A stretch of DNA of 64,000 nt from the NCBI GenBank assembly GCA_937974645.1, contig CALJVH010000010.1, positions 1,771-65,770 of the forward strand, given 5' to 3'. This DNA is from an uncultured archaeon (GTDB taxonomy: Archaea > Thermoproteota > Nitrososphaeria_A > Caldarchaeales > Wolframiiraptoraceae). How positions within the stretch are numbered: the stretch's first letter is position 1; each line of letters opens with the position of its first letter. Positions 37,481-47,444 of this stretch are shown here, in pieces. Position numbers and translations under genes: made by a program. Under the pieces are notes generated by a model. The model ran no database searches and had not been told where the DNA came from. It worked only from the letters and a program-made list of their open reading frames with translations.

Positions 37481-39301
37481 ATGTGCGGGATTATAGGATG
37501 CGTCTTAAAGGCTGGAAGCGTTGCCCCCATACTCCATAAGGGCCTTAAGAGACTTGAGTATAGGGGATATGACTCGGCCGGGATCGCCACAGTCTATAAT
37601 GGCGCTATTTATCTCAAGAAAGATTCTGGAAAGATTAATGAAATACATGCCCGACTGAACTTGGATAATCTTCCGGGATCGATTGGGATAGCTCATACTA
37701 GGTGGGCGACCCATGGGGCTCCGAGCCAAGTTAATGCTCACCCCCACCTCGACTGTGATGAAAGGATAGCCATCGTTCATAATGGTGTGATAGAGAACTT
37801 TCTTGAGCTCAAGGAGGAGCTCATGGATAGGAGACACACTTTTAGATCCAAGACGGATACTGAGGTTATCGCTCACTTGATAGAGGAGAACCTGAAGTCC
37901 GGCAAGAATCTTCTAGAGGCTACTATAGCTGCGGTTAGGAGACTTAAGGGGAGCTACGCGCTTGCGGTCATATCATCTCTCGAGCCTGATAAGATAGTCT
38001 TCGCGAGAAATGAATCTCCGCTTATCATCGGGTTTAGCGATAGCGCGAACTTCGTCGCGAGCGATGTCGCGGCATTCATAGAGCATACTCGCAAAGCCGT
38101 ATTTCTCGATAATGGTGAGGCCGGATATATGACGCCCTCCGAATTCAGGATATTCAGGATCGATTCCGGCGTCGAGGTGGAGAAGAGGGTAATAGAGCTG
38201 ACTTGGACTGTAGAGGAGGCGGAGAAGTCCGGTTACCCGCATTTCACACTGAAGGAGATATATGAGCAACCTCACACTATCAGTGAGGCTCTCAAGGCTC
38301 AGGAGAAATATCTTGACCTCTTGACAGAATTCCTAGACCGGGGTAGGGAGGTATTCCTCCTCGCGGCCGGAACATCCCATAACGCGTGCGTTGCGGCCTC
38401 CTATATGTTCTCAAAGATCGCTAGGCTTAACACGATCCCCGTGATAGCATCGGAGTTTATCGAGAACTATGGTAGATCGATCGGCATTGATTCGATAATA
38501 CTGGCCGTGAGCCAGTCGGGCGAGACCGCGGACGTCTTGACAGCAGTAGAGAATGCAAGGATGACGGCGGCGACAATACTCGCTGTTACAAACGTCGTGG
38601 GCTCAACCTTGACGAGGGTGTCGAGGGCATATGTTCTTCAGAACTCCGGGCCCGAGATCGGGGTCGCCGCTACCAAGACCTTCACGGCTCAGCTCACCGT
38701 CTTGGCCCAGCTAGCCCTCCGCCTAGCTAGGCGGAGGGGGAAACTCGCGCAATATGAGATAGATGAGCTGAGGGAAGAGCTCAGAAAACTTCCAGAGCTC
38801 GTCGAGAAGACGCTGATGATTTCGGATAAGCCGATGCGGGAGCTGGCCAAGGGGCTTGCGAATGCGCGGAGCATCTTCTTTCTAGGGAGGGGAATAAGCT
38901 ACGCAACTGCTCTTGAGGCAAGACTCAAGGTCATGGAGCTCAGCTACATACCCTGCATAGCTTATCCAGCTGGAGAGAGCAAGCATGGGCCGATAAGCGT
39001 GATCGAAAACGGCTACCCGGTATTCTTCATAGCTCCATATGATCCAACCCGAAAACACGTGCTAGGAAATATTATGGAGATGAAGGCCAGGGGCGCCAAG
39101 ATCTACTGCGTCGGAACCGAGGGCGATAATGAGTTGAGGGAAAATTCAGATTGGTGGCTCGGCCTCCCCAAAGTGCATGAGATCCTAAGCCCGATAATTT
39201 ACGTCATCCCATTCCAGTTCCTGGCATACTACTTGGCTCTAGAGAGGGGGTTTGATCCTGACAAACCCAGAAACCTCGCCAAGAGCGTGACGGTCCTCTA
39301 A
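37481..39301 (+). CDS. glmS: Glutamine--fructose-6-phosphate aminotransferase
   Basis: MCGIIGCV N-terminal nucleophile Cys, two SIS domains and a C-terminal KSVTV-type end. The ATG at 37481 gives Cys2. Confidence 0.9.
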   Translation: MCGIIGCVLKAGSVAPILHKGLKRLEYRGYDSAGIATVYNGAIYLKKDSGKINEIHARLNLDNLPGSIGIAHTRWATHGAPSQVNAHPHLDCDERIAIVHNGVIENFLELKEELMDRRHTFRSKTDTEVIAHLIEENLKSGKNLLEATIAAVRRLKGSYALAVISSLEPDKIVFARNESPLIIGFSDSANFVASDVAAFIEHTRKAVFLDNGEAGYMTPSEFRIFRIDSGVEVEKRVIELTWTVEEAEKSGYPHFTLKEIYEQPHTISEALKAQEKYLDLLTEFLDRGREVFLLAAGTSHNACVAASYMFSKIARLNTIPVIASEFIENYGRSIGIDSIILAVSQSGETADVLTAVENARMTAATILAVTNVVGSTLTRVSRAYVLQNSGPEIGVAATKTFTAQLTVLAQLALRLARRRGKLAQYEIDELREELRKLPELVEKTLMISDKPMRELAKGLANARSIFFLGRGISYATALEARLKVMELSYIPCIAYPAGESKHGPISVIENGYPVFFIAPYDPTRKHVLGNIMEMKARGAKIYCVGTEGDNELRENSDWWLGLPKVHEILSPIIYVIPFQFLAYYLALERGFDPDKPRNLAKSVTVL

Positions 39302-39355
39302 TGACGAGGCGAAAGATAATAATTGGTTATCACTATCTAGATCTGGCTAGAAGTC

Positions 39356-40045
39356 ATGGTGGAGTTAATCTCGCATGAGAAGTTCGAGGGGGTCTACTGG
39401 ATAAGGGATGAGGATGAAAGGGTGCTCGCGACCAGAAACCTAGTTCCAGGCGTCCAAGTTTATGGTGAGAAGCTTTACAGGGTCAAGGGCGAGGAGTATA
39501 GGAGCTGGATACCATACCGGAGCAAGCTGGCGGCATCCATAATGAAGGGCATGAAGAGCATGTTCATTAAGCCTGGCTCGAGGATCCTCTACCTCGGGAC
39601 AGCGACTGGAACCACCTCAAGTCATGTCTCAGATATAATAGGAGAACAGGGCGTGCTTTATGGTGTCGAGTTCGCAGCTAGGGTCATGATACAGTTCAAG
39701 CGAAACGTCTCGGATAAGAGGATGAATGTGATCCCGATCTTCGGCGATGCTAGGAGGCCGGAGGCTTACGCGCCGATCGTGGGAGAGGTTGACGTGATCT
39801 ACTGCGATGTAGCACAGCCGGAGCAGGCGAAGCTATTCTCGGATAACGTGAGGCTCATGCTCAAGAGCCGGGGCCATGGGTACCTAGCCGTAAAGGCTAG
39901 AAGCATAGACAGCGTCCAGGAGCCGGAGGTAATATACAAGAGGGAGGTCGAGATACTCGAGAGGAATGGACTTAAGCCTATTGAGGTAATCTCCCTTGAG
40001 CCCTATGAGCGTGATCACGTCATGGTAGTACTTGAATACCGCTAG
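39356..40045 (+). CDS. flpA: Fibrillarin-like rRNA/tRNA 2'-O-methyltransferase
   Basis: FEGVYWI..., YRSWIPYRSKLAA, ILYLGTATGTTSSHVSDI and VIYCDVAQPEQA are typical archaeal fibrillarin. Confidence 0.9.
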   Translation: MVELISHEKFEGVYWIRDEDERVLATRNLVPGVQVYGEKLYRVKGEEYRSWIPYRSKLAASIMKGMKSMFIKPGSRILYLGTATGTTSSHVSDIIGEQGVLYGVEFAARVMIQFKRNVSDKRMNVIPIFGDARRPEAYAPIVGEVDVIYCDVAQPEQAKLFSDNVRLMLKSRGHGYLAVKARSIDSVQEPEVIYKREVEILERNGLKPIEVISLEPYERDHVMVVLEYR

Positions 40046-41625
40046 GGGGACAGACTCCTCAAGTATCTGTCAATTTCCTTAGCAGCTTTTATCCCATCAG
40101 CTGACGCGATGCTGTAAAGTGACGGCCCTCTAACAACGTCTCCGCCGGCGAAGACCCCGCGCCTACTGGTCTCCAGTCTTTCATCAACCTTTATTCTTCC
40201 ATCCTCCGTTAGCTCTATCCCATCCTTTTCTGAAAGCCATCTCGTTGAGGGAATTTCACCCGTCGCAAATATCACGTGGTCTGCCTCAACCTCGAACTCG
40301 GAGCCCTCTATTGGCACGGGCTTTCTCCTGCCATCGGGCCCCGGCTCCCCAAGCTTCATCTTGATGCATCTTATCCTCCGAAGCTTTCCATTATCGCCTA
40401 TCAACTCTACGGGTTGAGTAAGGAACAGTATCTCTATCCCTTCATTAATGGCTTCCTCGACCTCCTCCTTCTTGGCGGGCATCTCCTCCGCGCTCCTCCG
40501 ATACATTATCTTGACGTGCTCAGCGCCCAGCCTCAGGGCCGTTCGAGCGGCATCCATTGCCACGTTGCCCCCTCCCACAACCCAAACTTTACCTGAAATA
40601 GATTTGATCTTTCTCATTTTAACGAGCTTCAGGAATTTTAATGCGGCGTGAACGCCTTCCAGCTCGACTCCCTTCATCTGAGGAACATTTGAGTCGCTCG
40701 CACCCGTTGCTATAAAAATCGCTTTATAGCCTTCTTTGAAGAGGTCGTCGATCGTCAGGTCGCGCCCAATCTCGACCCCCATCTTAAACTCCACACCAAA
40801 CATTTCCAATATCCCAATTTCTTTTTCAACGATATGTGAGGGTAGCCTGAATTCGGGTATCGAGTCAATGAGCCTACCCCCCAACTTCTCTCCGGCCTCG
40901 AATATTGTGACATCGTGACCCATGAGCCTCAGATGATATGCGGCCGTAATCCCAGCTGGGCCCGAGCCTATGATGGCCACCTTAAACCCGGAGCGCGGCT
41001 TGGGCTTAGGCAGATTATTCTCGATTGTCGCGGCGTCGGCGACCGCGCGCTTAACCGCCCTGATCTTAACCGGGTTCCCACATATCTGGCCGAGAGTGCA
41101 GGCAGACTCGCAGAAGCCTATGCATATTCTCCCACATATTCCAAGAGTCGGATATATGCTCGAAGATAGCCTATACGCTATGTCGTGTTTCCCGCCCGCA
41201 GTAGCTTTCAAGAATGCCGGAACGGGAAAACTCACCGGGCAAGCGTTAACGCATCTGGGAATTCTGCATCTAAGGCATCTATCCGCCTCGAGCTCGGCAC
41301 TTCTCAAGTCAACCCCTGAAACAACTTCATGAAACCCTACCCGATCCCCTGACCTCTCTAAAATTACCTTAGGCTCGAAAATTCCATAAAGTTCATGGGC
41401 CTCTTCGCTTAGAAGCTTAGCAAGAATCTCGAAAAATCGCTTTCGCTCATCAGGCCCAAGCTCCTCAATCGAAAAATTCGCGAGGATCTCAAGATGCTCC
41501 TTTAGGAGGCCTCGAAGTTCGAGATCGGGCGGTAACCCAGCTCTTCGGAAAATCTCCTTAACCTTATCATAAAACTCTAGGCGTGATAGTGGGCCTTCGG
41601 GAGAGATCAGCTCCGAGATCTTCAT
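40042..41625 (-). CDS. GltD/SudA-like NAD(P)H-dependent Fe-S flavoprotein oxidoreductase with about 100-aa N-terminal extension
   Basis: CLRCRIPRCVNACP and GRICIGFCESAC cluster motifs. VAIIGSGPAGITAAYHL and VWVVGGGNVAMD dinucleotide folds. Confidence 0.8.
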   Translation of the reverse strand: MKISELISPEGPLSRLEFYDKVKEIFRRAGLPPDLELRGLLKEHLEILANFSIEELGPDERKRFFEILAKLLSEEAHELYGIFEPKVILERSGDRVGFHEVVSGVDLRSAELEADRCLRCRIPRCVNACPVSFPVPAFLKATAGGKHDIAYRLSSSIYPTLGICGRICIGFCESACTLGQICGNPVKIRAVKRAVADAATIENNLPKPKPRSGFKVAIIGSGPAGITAAYHLRLMGHDVTIFEAGEKLGGRLIDSIPEFRLPSHIVEKEIGILEMFGVEFKMGVEIGRDLTIDDLFKEGYKAIFIATGASDSNVPQMKGVELEGVHAALKFLKLVKMRKIKSISGKVWVVGGGNVAMDAARTALRLGAEHVKIMYRRSAEEMPAKKEEVEEAINEGIEILFLTQPVELIGDNGKLRRIRCIKMKLGEPGPDGRRKPVPIEGSEFEVEADHVIFATGEIPSTRWLSEKDGIELTEDGRIKVDERLETSRRGVFAGGDVVRGPSLYSIASADGIKAAKEIDRYLRSLSP

Positions 41626-41782
41626 AACGCACCTCGCCCGAGAGTTTTAGCTTAAAAGTCTCTCCTAAAAATCAATCGCTTAAAGAGACTTACTAAGAGT
41701 TTTGCGGCCTAATTCAAAGATTAAATAGAGGTCTCCAGATGAGCTTGCAGAAGGGGCCGGAAGAAAGCTGAGGGTGCTTGAG

Positions 41783-42241
41783 ATGCCTCATTGGGACTAC
41801 TCGGTCAAGGAGCTGGACGAGGCTAGGACCGTCAAAGCTAGCCTGAGAGAGGTCGATGTATCTCCGAAATGGTCTAGGGAGGTTTGCAGGGCGATCGTAG
41901 GGTTGACGATACCAGAGGCGAGGAAGCTTATGGAAGACGTTATTGCCATGAAGAGAATGATACCTTACCGCAGGTACAAGAAGAATAGGGCGCATCATAG
42001 CGAGACAAAGGGAGCTGGAGGATACCCGGTAAAGGTCGCTAAGCACATGATCAAGCTTCTGGAGAGCTTGGAGGCCAATGCTGACTTCAAGGGTCTAGAC
42101 CCGGATGACGTGGTCATAATACATGCGGCCGCCCATAAGGCTAGGAGGATCGAGAAGTTCATGCCTAGAGCATTTGGAAGAGCCACACCATACGATAAGC
42201 AGCTAGTTCATATTGAGGTAATAGGGGAGGTGAGAAGCTGA
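41783..42241 (+). CDS. rpl22: Ribosomal protein uL22
   Basis: Archaeal L22 sequence (VSPKWSREVCRAIVG..., YPVKVAKHMIKLLESLEANA). Confidence 0.85.
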   Translation: MPHWDYSVKELDEARTVKASLREVDVSPKWSREVCRAIVGLTIPEARKLMEDVIAMKRMIPYRRYKKNRAHHSETKGAGGYPVKVAKHMIKLLESLEANADFKGLDPDDVVIIHAAAHKARRIEKFMPRAFGRATPYDKQLVHIEVIGEVRS

Positions 42242-42242
42242 G

Positions 42243-42902
42243 ATGTCAGCTGTCAAGAATATTCTTTCTAGCAAGATCAAGAAAGCCGAGATCTACGAGT
42301 ATCTGGCTGAGAAGCTTAAGGATACGGGCTTCGGAGGAGTAGATATAACCTTCACGCCCATGGGGACTAGAGTAACGATCTACGCGATGAAACCTGGCAG
42401 GGTTATCGGCCCAAGGGGGAGGGTGATTAAAGAGATAACAGAGGATCTTGAGAAGAGGTTTGGCGTGGAAAACCCGAATGTCACCGTTGCCGAGATAGAG
42501 GTCCCGGAGCTCAATCCCCAAGTTATGGCCTACCGTATCGCGCAGGCGATGGAGAGAGGAGTAAGGCATAGGAGGGTGGCCTTCTGGGCTCTAAGGAGAA
42601 TAATGGAAGCTGGAGCTCGGGGGGTTGAGATAGAGATAAGCGGCAAGCTGACTTCAGCCAGGCATAGAACCGAGAAGTATACTGCTGGGATAATGCCGAA
42701 ATCCGGCGATCCCGCGCTCAAATATATTAGGGTTGGAAAAGCCTCACTATTGCTAAAGCCCGGAATATACGGAATAAAAGTAAAAATCTTCCCGCCCGAC
42801 GCGCCGATGCCCGAAGAGATAAGGGTGGCCGCACGAGAGCCCAGCAAAGCGGAGGTGGTTGAGATCGGTGAGGGAGTTAAGGGAGCTGAGAGAAAAGAAT
42901 AA
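42243..42902 (+). CDS. rps3: Ribosomal protein uS3
   Basis: KH-domain uS3 (VIGPRGRVIKEITEDLEKRFG, GVEIEISGKLTSARHRTEKY). Confidence 0.9.
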   Translation: MSAVKNILSSKIKKAEIYEYLAEKLKDTGFGGVDITFTPMGTRVTIYAMKPGRVIGPRGRVIKEITEDLEKRFGVENPNVTVAEIEVPELNPQVMAYRIAQAMERGVRHRRVAFWALRRIMEAGARGVEIEISGKLTSARHRTEKYTAGIMPKSGDPALKYIRVGKASLLLKPGIYGIKVKIFPPDAPMPEEIRVAAREPSKAEVVEIGEGVKGAERKE

Positions 42903-43068
42903 CGAGGAGCTGATAAGCGAGCTTGACAGGCTCCGGGCGGAGCTCGTGCTAATCAGAAGCAAGACTGTTGCAGGCGGAGGGCTGGAGAAGACTGCTCAGA
43001 TAAGAAACATGAGGAGGAGAATTGCGAGAATCTTGACTATACTTAGAGAGCGGGGGATAGAGCTTTAG
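42859..43068 (+). CDS. rpl29: Ribosomal protein uL29
   Basis: ELRELREKNNEELISELDRLRAELVLIRSK. Non-ATG start (TTG at 42859 or GTG at 42868). Confidence 0.8.
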   Translation: MRSVRELRELREKNNEELISELDRLRAELVLIRSKTVAGGGLEKTAQIRNMRRRIARILTILRERGIEL

Positions 43069-43095
43069 AATCTTTCCAAGGAGCCTTAACCCTGG

Positions 43096-43518
43096 CTACT
43101 TGAGCTTCTCCAAGACTATCGCCGGGCAGACTCTCCTAACGCCCTCCCTAGACTCGAGGCTTTTAACGAAGTTCGAGAGCTCCTGAGAGCTCTTGAGCCA
43201 GCATTCGGCTATGAGCATGTGGTCGCCGCTCGTCAGATACAGCTTCATTACCTCCTCACATCTTCTCAATCCCTCCATTACCCTGAGTAGGTGCTCCGGA
43301 TCCACGTCCAACCCTATTATTGCTACTAGCTCGTAGCCCAGCTTCTTGAGATCCACTTCGATGGTGTATCCTTTAATGATTCCGAGGTCCTCGAGCCTCT
43401 TAACCCTCTTTCTCACAGCTGCCTCCGAGACGCTCAGGATCCTCGCTATCTCGACGTAGGATCTTCGGGCATTTTCCATTAAGAGCTTGACGAGGTCATA
43501 GTCCGATATTCGAACCAT
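43096..43518 (-). CDS. Lrp/AsnC family transcriptional regulator
   Basis: MVRISDYDLVKLLMENARRSYVEIARILSVSEAAVRKRVKRLEDLGIIKGYT. The internal ATG at 43518 is preferred. Confidence 0.85.
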   Translation of the reverse strand: MVRISDYDLVKLLMENARRSYVEIARILSVSEAAVRKRVKRLEDLGIIKGYTIEVDLKKLGYELVAIIGLDVDPEHLLRVMEGLRRCEEVMKLYLTSGDHMLIAECWLKSSQELSNFVKSLESREGVRRVCPAIVLEKLK

Positions 43519-43564
43519 AATATTTATGATCTCGGCGATAATATATACATAATGTGGAAGTGAG

Positions 43565-44233
43565 GTGGTGGAAGTGGAACATTCAAGCATTCCGTTATTA
43601 GGAGAAAAGGTTCCAAGTTTCGAAGCCCAAACAACCCACGGCAAAATAAAGTTCCCAGACGATTATAAGGGCAGATGGGTGGTATTGTTCTCGCATCCAG
43701 CCGACTTCACACCTGTCTGCACCACAGAGTTCGTCGCTTTCCAAAAGAGGTATGAGGAGTTCAAGAAACTGAACTGCGAGCTCATAGGCCTCAGCATAGA
43801 CCAGGTGTTCAGCCACATCAAGTGGGTCGAATGGATTAAGGAGAAGATCGGCGTCGAGATTCAGTTCCCGGTAATCGCCGATGATCAGGGGAAGATAGCG
43901 TGCATGCTGGGCATGATACATCCCGGGAAGGGGACGAACACCGTTAGAGCAGTCTTCATAGTTGACGCCGATGGAGTCGTGAGGGCGATACTCTACTATC
44001 CGCAGGAGGTTGGCCGGAACATGGATGAGATACTTAGAGTGGTTAAAGCCCTGCAGGTATCGGATGCAGATAAGGTGGCTCTGCCCGCCAACTGGCCAAA
44101 CAATGAATTAATTGGGGACAAGGTGATAATCCCGCCGCCGAGAGACGAGAAGTCCGCTAGGGAAAGGCTTGAGAAGGCGAAGGTCGGGGAATTTGAGTGC
44201 TACGATTGGTGGTTCTGCTACAAGAAACTTTAA
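43565..44233 (+). CDS. Peroxiredoxin (archaeal Prx6-type thiol peroxidase)
   Basis: [19 protein letters not shown] peroxidatic-Cys motif and a C-terminal CYDWWFC pair. GTG start. Confidence 0.9.
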   Translation: MVEVEHSSIPLLGEKVPSFEAQTTHGKIKFPDDYKGRWVVLFSHPADFTPVCTTEFVAFQKRYEEFKKLNCELIGLSIDQVFSHIKWVEWIKEKIGVEIQFPVIADDQGKIACMLGMIHPGKGTNTVRAVFIVDADGVVRAILYYPQEVGRNMDEILRVVKALQVSDADKVALPANWPNNELIGDKVIIPPPRDEKSARERLEKAKVGEFECYDWWFCYKKL

Positions 44234-44254
44234 ATCCATTGAGGCGAGAGAGTT

Positions 44255-44683
44255 ATGTGTGCTATGTCCTCTAAAGAGCTTATCGAGTTGTTGAACCAGG
44301 CTATTGCTAGAGAGCTTCAAGTCTCGATACAGTACATGTGGCAGCATGTCCAGTGGAGGGGCGTTAGAGGGTTCGCTGTAAGTGATGAGTTGAGAAAGAT
44401 CGCGATAACAGAGATGAAGCATGCCGAGATGATCGCAGAGAGATTAAATTACCTTGGGGGTATCCCGACAACCCAGCCGGCGCCAATAAACGTCGGGAAA
44501 ACGCTCAAGGAGATGATTGAGCAGGACATGAAAGATGAGGAGAACGCGATAAAATTGTATAAGCAGATAATTCAGAAAGCCCGCGAGCTAGGCGACATAA
44601 CCACGGCCACGCTATTCGAGAAGATACTCGCGGACGAGGAGGAGCATCACGACTTCTTCACTAGTCTCCTCGAGGAAATCTAA
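44255..44683 (+). CDS. Bacterioferritin-like/ferritin-like diiron protein
   Basis: Four-helix-bundle ExxH pairs (EMKHAE, EEEHHD). Confidence 0.7.
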   Translation: MCAMSSKELIELLNQAIARELQVSIQYMWQHVQWRGVRGFAVSDELRKIAITEMKHAEMIAERLNYLGGIPTTQPAPINVGKTLKEMIEQDMKDEENAIKLYKQIIQKARELGDITTATLFEKILADEEEHHDFFTSLLEEI

Positions 44684-44693
44684 GGGGCGCGCC

Positions 44694-45071
44694 ATGACCC
44701 AGAGGTTCCAAGTCTATAAGTGCAATGTCTGCGGTAACATAGTTATGGTGATGCACGCGGGCGTCGGCAAGCTAGTCTGCTGCGGCCAGCCAATGCGGTT
44801 GATGGAAGAAAAGTCCGAGGATGTCGGAATGGAGAAGCATGTCCCAGTAATAGAGAAGACGGCGACGGGAATTAAGGTCAAAGTGGGATCGATACCGCAC
44901 CCGATGGAGGAGGCCCATTACATCGAGTGGATAGAGCTGACCGCCGATGATAAGGTTTGCATGAAGTTCCTAAAGCCGGGCGATGCGCCGGAAGCGGAAT
45001 TCGATGTAAGGGCCGAAAAGCTGTCAGCGAGAGAATACTGCAACATTCACGGGCTTTGGAAAACCAAGTAA
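44694..45071 (+). CDS. Desulfoferrodoxin-type superoxide reductase (2Fe-SOR)
   Basis: N-terminal desulforedoxin-like CNVCGN...CCGQPM and a SOR domain ([22 protein letters not shown]). Confidence 0.85.
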   Translation: MTQRFQVYKCNVCGNIVMVMHAGVGKLVCCGQPMRLMEEKSEDVGMEKHVPVIEKTATGIKVKVGSIPHPMEEAHYIEWIELTADDKVCMKFLKPGDAPEAEFDVRAEKLSAREYCNIHGLWKTK

Positions 45072-45073
45072 AC

Positions 45074-45096
45074 TTTTTTACCCAAAATTTTTATTT
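45074..45096 (+). terminator. Oligo-T tract after the SOR gene; possible archaeal terminator
   Basis: CTTTTTTACCCAAAATTTTTATTT immediately after the stop codon. Confidence 0.3.
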
Positions 45097-45142
45097 CCAC
45101 TTGATCAAACTCTTCCTTTCAACTGAAGGGGTCTAGAGGGAT

Positions 45143-46348
45143 ATGGCTCCAAGGATCTTATCTCAAGAGATTGCACGTGAATTCTACTTGCTAAGAATTG
45201 ATGATGAGAAAGTTAAGTATTTCGAAGCTCTTTGGGGTATCCCGGAGAAGGTGACTTACAACGCGTATCTGTTGGTAGGAGATGATGTTGTTTTATTTGA
45301 TTGTTGGAAGGACGTCTATGCCGATGATCTTGTTGAGGCGGTTAAGGAAGTCGTTGATCCCCAAGATATAACGCATATAATTGTTCACCATATTGAGCCC
45401 GATCACTCAGGTTCCCTTCCGAAAGTTCTGGAGGTGAATAGGTTCAGAGCTGAGGTCGTGGCCCACGTCATGGCTAAACCTATGATCGAGGCCTTCTACA
45501 GGATATCCCCCAAGTTCAGGATAGTGAAGGATGGCGAGGAGCTTGTATTAGCTGGAGAGAGAATCAGAATCCTCCACACGCCGTGGCTGCATTGGCCCGA
45601 GACAATGATGAGCTATCTCTCGAGCCGAAGAATACTAGTTTCATGCGATGCTTTCGGGGGATACTCTATCCCGAGAGCCGTATTCGACGACGAAGAAGAT
45701 GTTGTCCAGGGGTATCTGCCGAGCGTCAGGAAATACGTTGCGACGATAATAGGATTCTACAGACAACATATAATCCGGAATATAGAGAAAATTCAAAGCC
45801 TTGGATTAAGCATCAATATGATAGCCCCGGCTCATGGGCTCATTTGGAAAAAGAACCCGCAACTGATCATAGATTACTACAGGGATTTGGCTAATGGGGT
45901 TCCTGACGATAATAAGATTCTGGTTGTCTCCGGCTCGATGTATGGCTTGATGGAGGTGGCCGCGAGGGCCGCCGTGGAGGAGGTGGAGAAGCTTGGAGGC
46001 CGAGTAGTCTTCTACCGGTTCAACGACTCCGAGCAGCCTCCGTTTTCAGAGATCATAGGCGATGCCATAGACTCGAGGGCAATCATCCTCGCTGCGCCGA
46101 CCTACGAGGCCGGGATCTATCCGCCGCTAGACCAACTGGTGGATCTGATCTCTAGGAAGATCCCGCCGAAGCCGATGCTTATAATAGGATCTTATGGCTG
46201 GGCTGGCGTTGCGGCCAAGAAGATCTCGGAGAAGCTTGAGGGCTCGGGCTTCAAGGTGATTGAGGTTATCGAATTTCGGGGCTCCGCGGATGAGAAGGAT
46301 GTTCAGAGGATTAGAGAGAGCACAAGAAAACTTCTCGAATCCTCATAA
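45143..46348 (+). CDS. Flavodiiron protein (metallo-beta-lactamase plus flavodoxin; O2/NO reductase)
   Basis: HHIEPDHSG diiron motif and a C-terminal flavodoxin-like domain. Confidence 0.85.
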   Translation: MAPRILSQEIAREFYLLRIDDEKVKYFEALWGIPEKVTYNAYLLVGDDVVLFDCWKDVYADDLVEAVKEVVDPQDITHIIVHHIEPDHSGSLPKVLEVNRFRAEVVAHVMAKPMIEAFYRISPKFRIVKDGEELVLAGERIRILHTPWLHWPETMMSYLSSRRILVSCDAFGGYSIPRAVFDDEEDVVQGYLPSVRKYVATIIGFYRQHIIRNIEKIQSLGLSINMIAPAHGLIWKKNPQLIIDYYRDLANGVPDDNKILVVSGSMYGLMEVAARAAVEEVEKLGGRVVFYRFNDSEQPPFSEIIGDAIDSRAIILAAPTYEAGIYPPLDQLVDLISRKIPPKPMLIIGSYGWAGVAAKKISEKLEGSGFKVIEVIEFRGSADEKDVQRIRESTRKLLESS

Positions 46349-46382
46349 AAGCGAGGGTTACAGTCTGCTGCCTCTCCGAGGC

Positions 46383-47060
46383 GTGGGGGAGTGCCTGATA
46401 CTAGAGAGGGTGAACAGGTTTACCGTGAAGGTGGAGATTGAGGGCCGTGAGGGCCTCGCATTCCTACAGAACACTGGAAGACTTCTAGGATACATCGTGC
46501 GCGGGAGAACGGGCTTCTGCGTGCCGGTCGCGAGTCCCAAGAAGCTTGGAAGAAGGCTTTTCGCGATCCACGATAATGGGCTCGCCGCCGTAGTGGATAC
46601 ACTCCTCCACTCAAAGGTATTCGAGGAAGCAGTTAGTCACGGCCTCATCTGCTGGCTTGAGGGTTATCGAATCTTGAGGAGGGATGTCCCGCTCGCCAAT
46701 TCGAGGATTGATTATCTCATGACCGGTGGGGGCGGGGATGCACTTGTAGAGCTTAAGAGCGCAGTTCTCAGGTTGGGCTATTATGCCTCCTACCCCGACT
46801 GCCCTTCCAGTAGGGCCGTAAGGCAGGTAACGGATCTCCTTAAGCTCGTCGAGCACGGCGCCCGAGCCATTCTCGTATTCATCGCAGCTATTCCCTATAT
46901 TAGAGGTTTCAAGCTCAATTATGAGGCAGATCCAGTTTTATGCGATCTCATAGTGAGGGCTCATGGAGCTGGGCTTGAGGTTAAGGGGGTTCAGATAGCA
47001 TATGAGCCTGTTAGTTCCTCGATAATCCTCTTGAACCCTGATCTCCCGATTGAGATTTAA
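46383..47060 (+). CDS. sfsA: SfsA family protein
   Basis: ERVNRFTVKVEIEGREGLAFLQNTGRL is SfsA N-domain-like. The GTG at 46383 avoids the overlap implied by the 46260 ORF. Confidence 0.65.
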   Translation: MGECLILERVNRFTVKVEIEGREGLAFLQNTGRLLGYIVRGRTGFCVPVASPKKLGRRLFAIHDNGLAAVVDTLLHSKVFEEAVSHGLICWLEGYRILRRDVPLANSRIDYLMTGGGGDALVELKSAVLRLGYYASYPDCPSSRAVRQVTDLLKLVEHGARAILVFIAAIPYIRGFKLNYEADPVLCDLIVRAHGAGLEVKGVQIAYEPVSSSIILLNPDLPIEI

Positions 47061-47083
47061 GCCGCCAAAACCTCCTTCCGGCG

Positions 47084-47371
47084 ATGAAGATTAAGACGCT
47101 GACGCCGAGGAATCTGGTAAGGCATGAGCTTCTGGGCCTCAGGGCTAAGGCTAAGCCATTTAAGGGGAGCTTTATCCACATTGGCGAAATTGTTGGTGAG
47201 ACGAGGAACATGCTTAAGATGCTGAGGGATGATGGCAGAGTCGTGAGCTTGCCGAAGAGCGCTTACAGGTTCGTGTTCGAGCTCCCCTCGGGTGATAGAG
47301 TCTTGGTGGATGGGAGAATTCTGGTCGGCAGGCCGGAGGAGAGGCTGAAGAAAAGGTTAAGGAGGTGGTAG
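47084..47371 (+). CDS. rnp1: RNase P protein component 1 (Rpp29/Pop4)
   Basis: LVRHELLGLRAKA...GEIVGETRNMLKM...VDGRILVGRPEERLKK. Conserved position upstream of uS17. Confidence 0.75.
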   Translation: MKIKTLTPRNLVRHELLGLRAKAKPFKGSFIHIGEIVGETRNMLKMLRDDGRVVSLPKSAYRFVFELPSGDRVLVDGRILVGRPEERLKKRLRRW

Positions 47372-47444
47372 GGGCTGGAAACGTTATTTAGGAGGCGGCT
47401 TTGAGTCAACTCTAATAACAGCGACTCAAGAAAGAGGGTGACGC

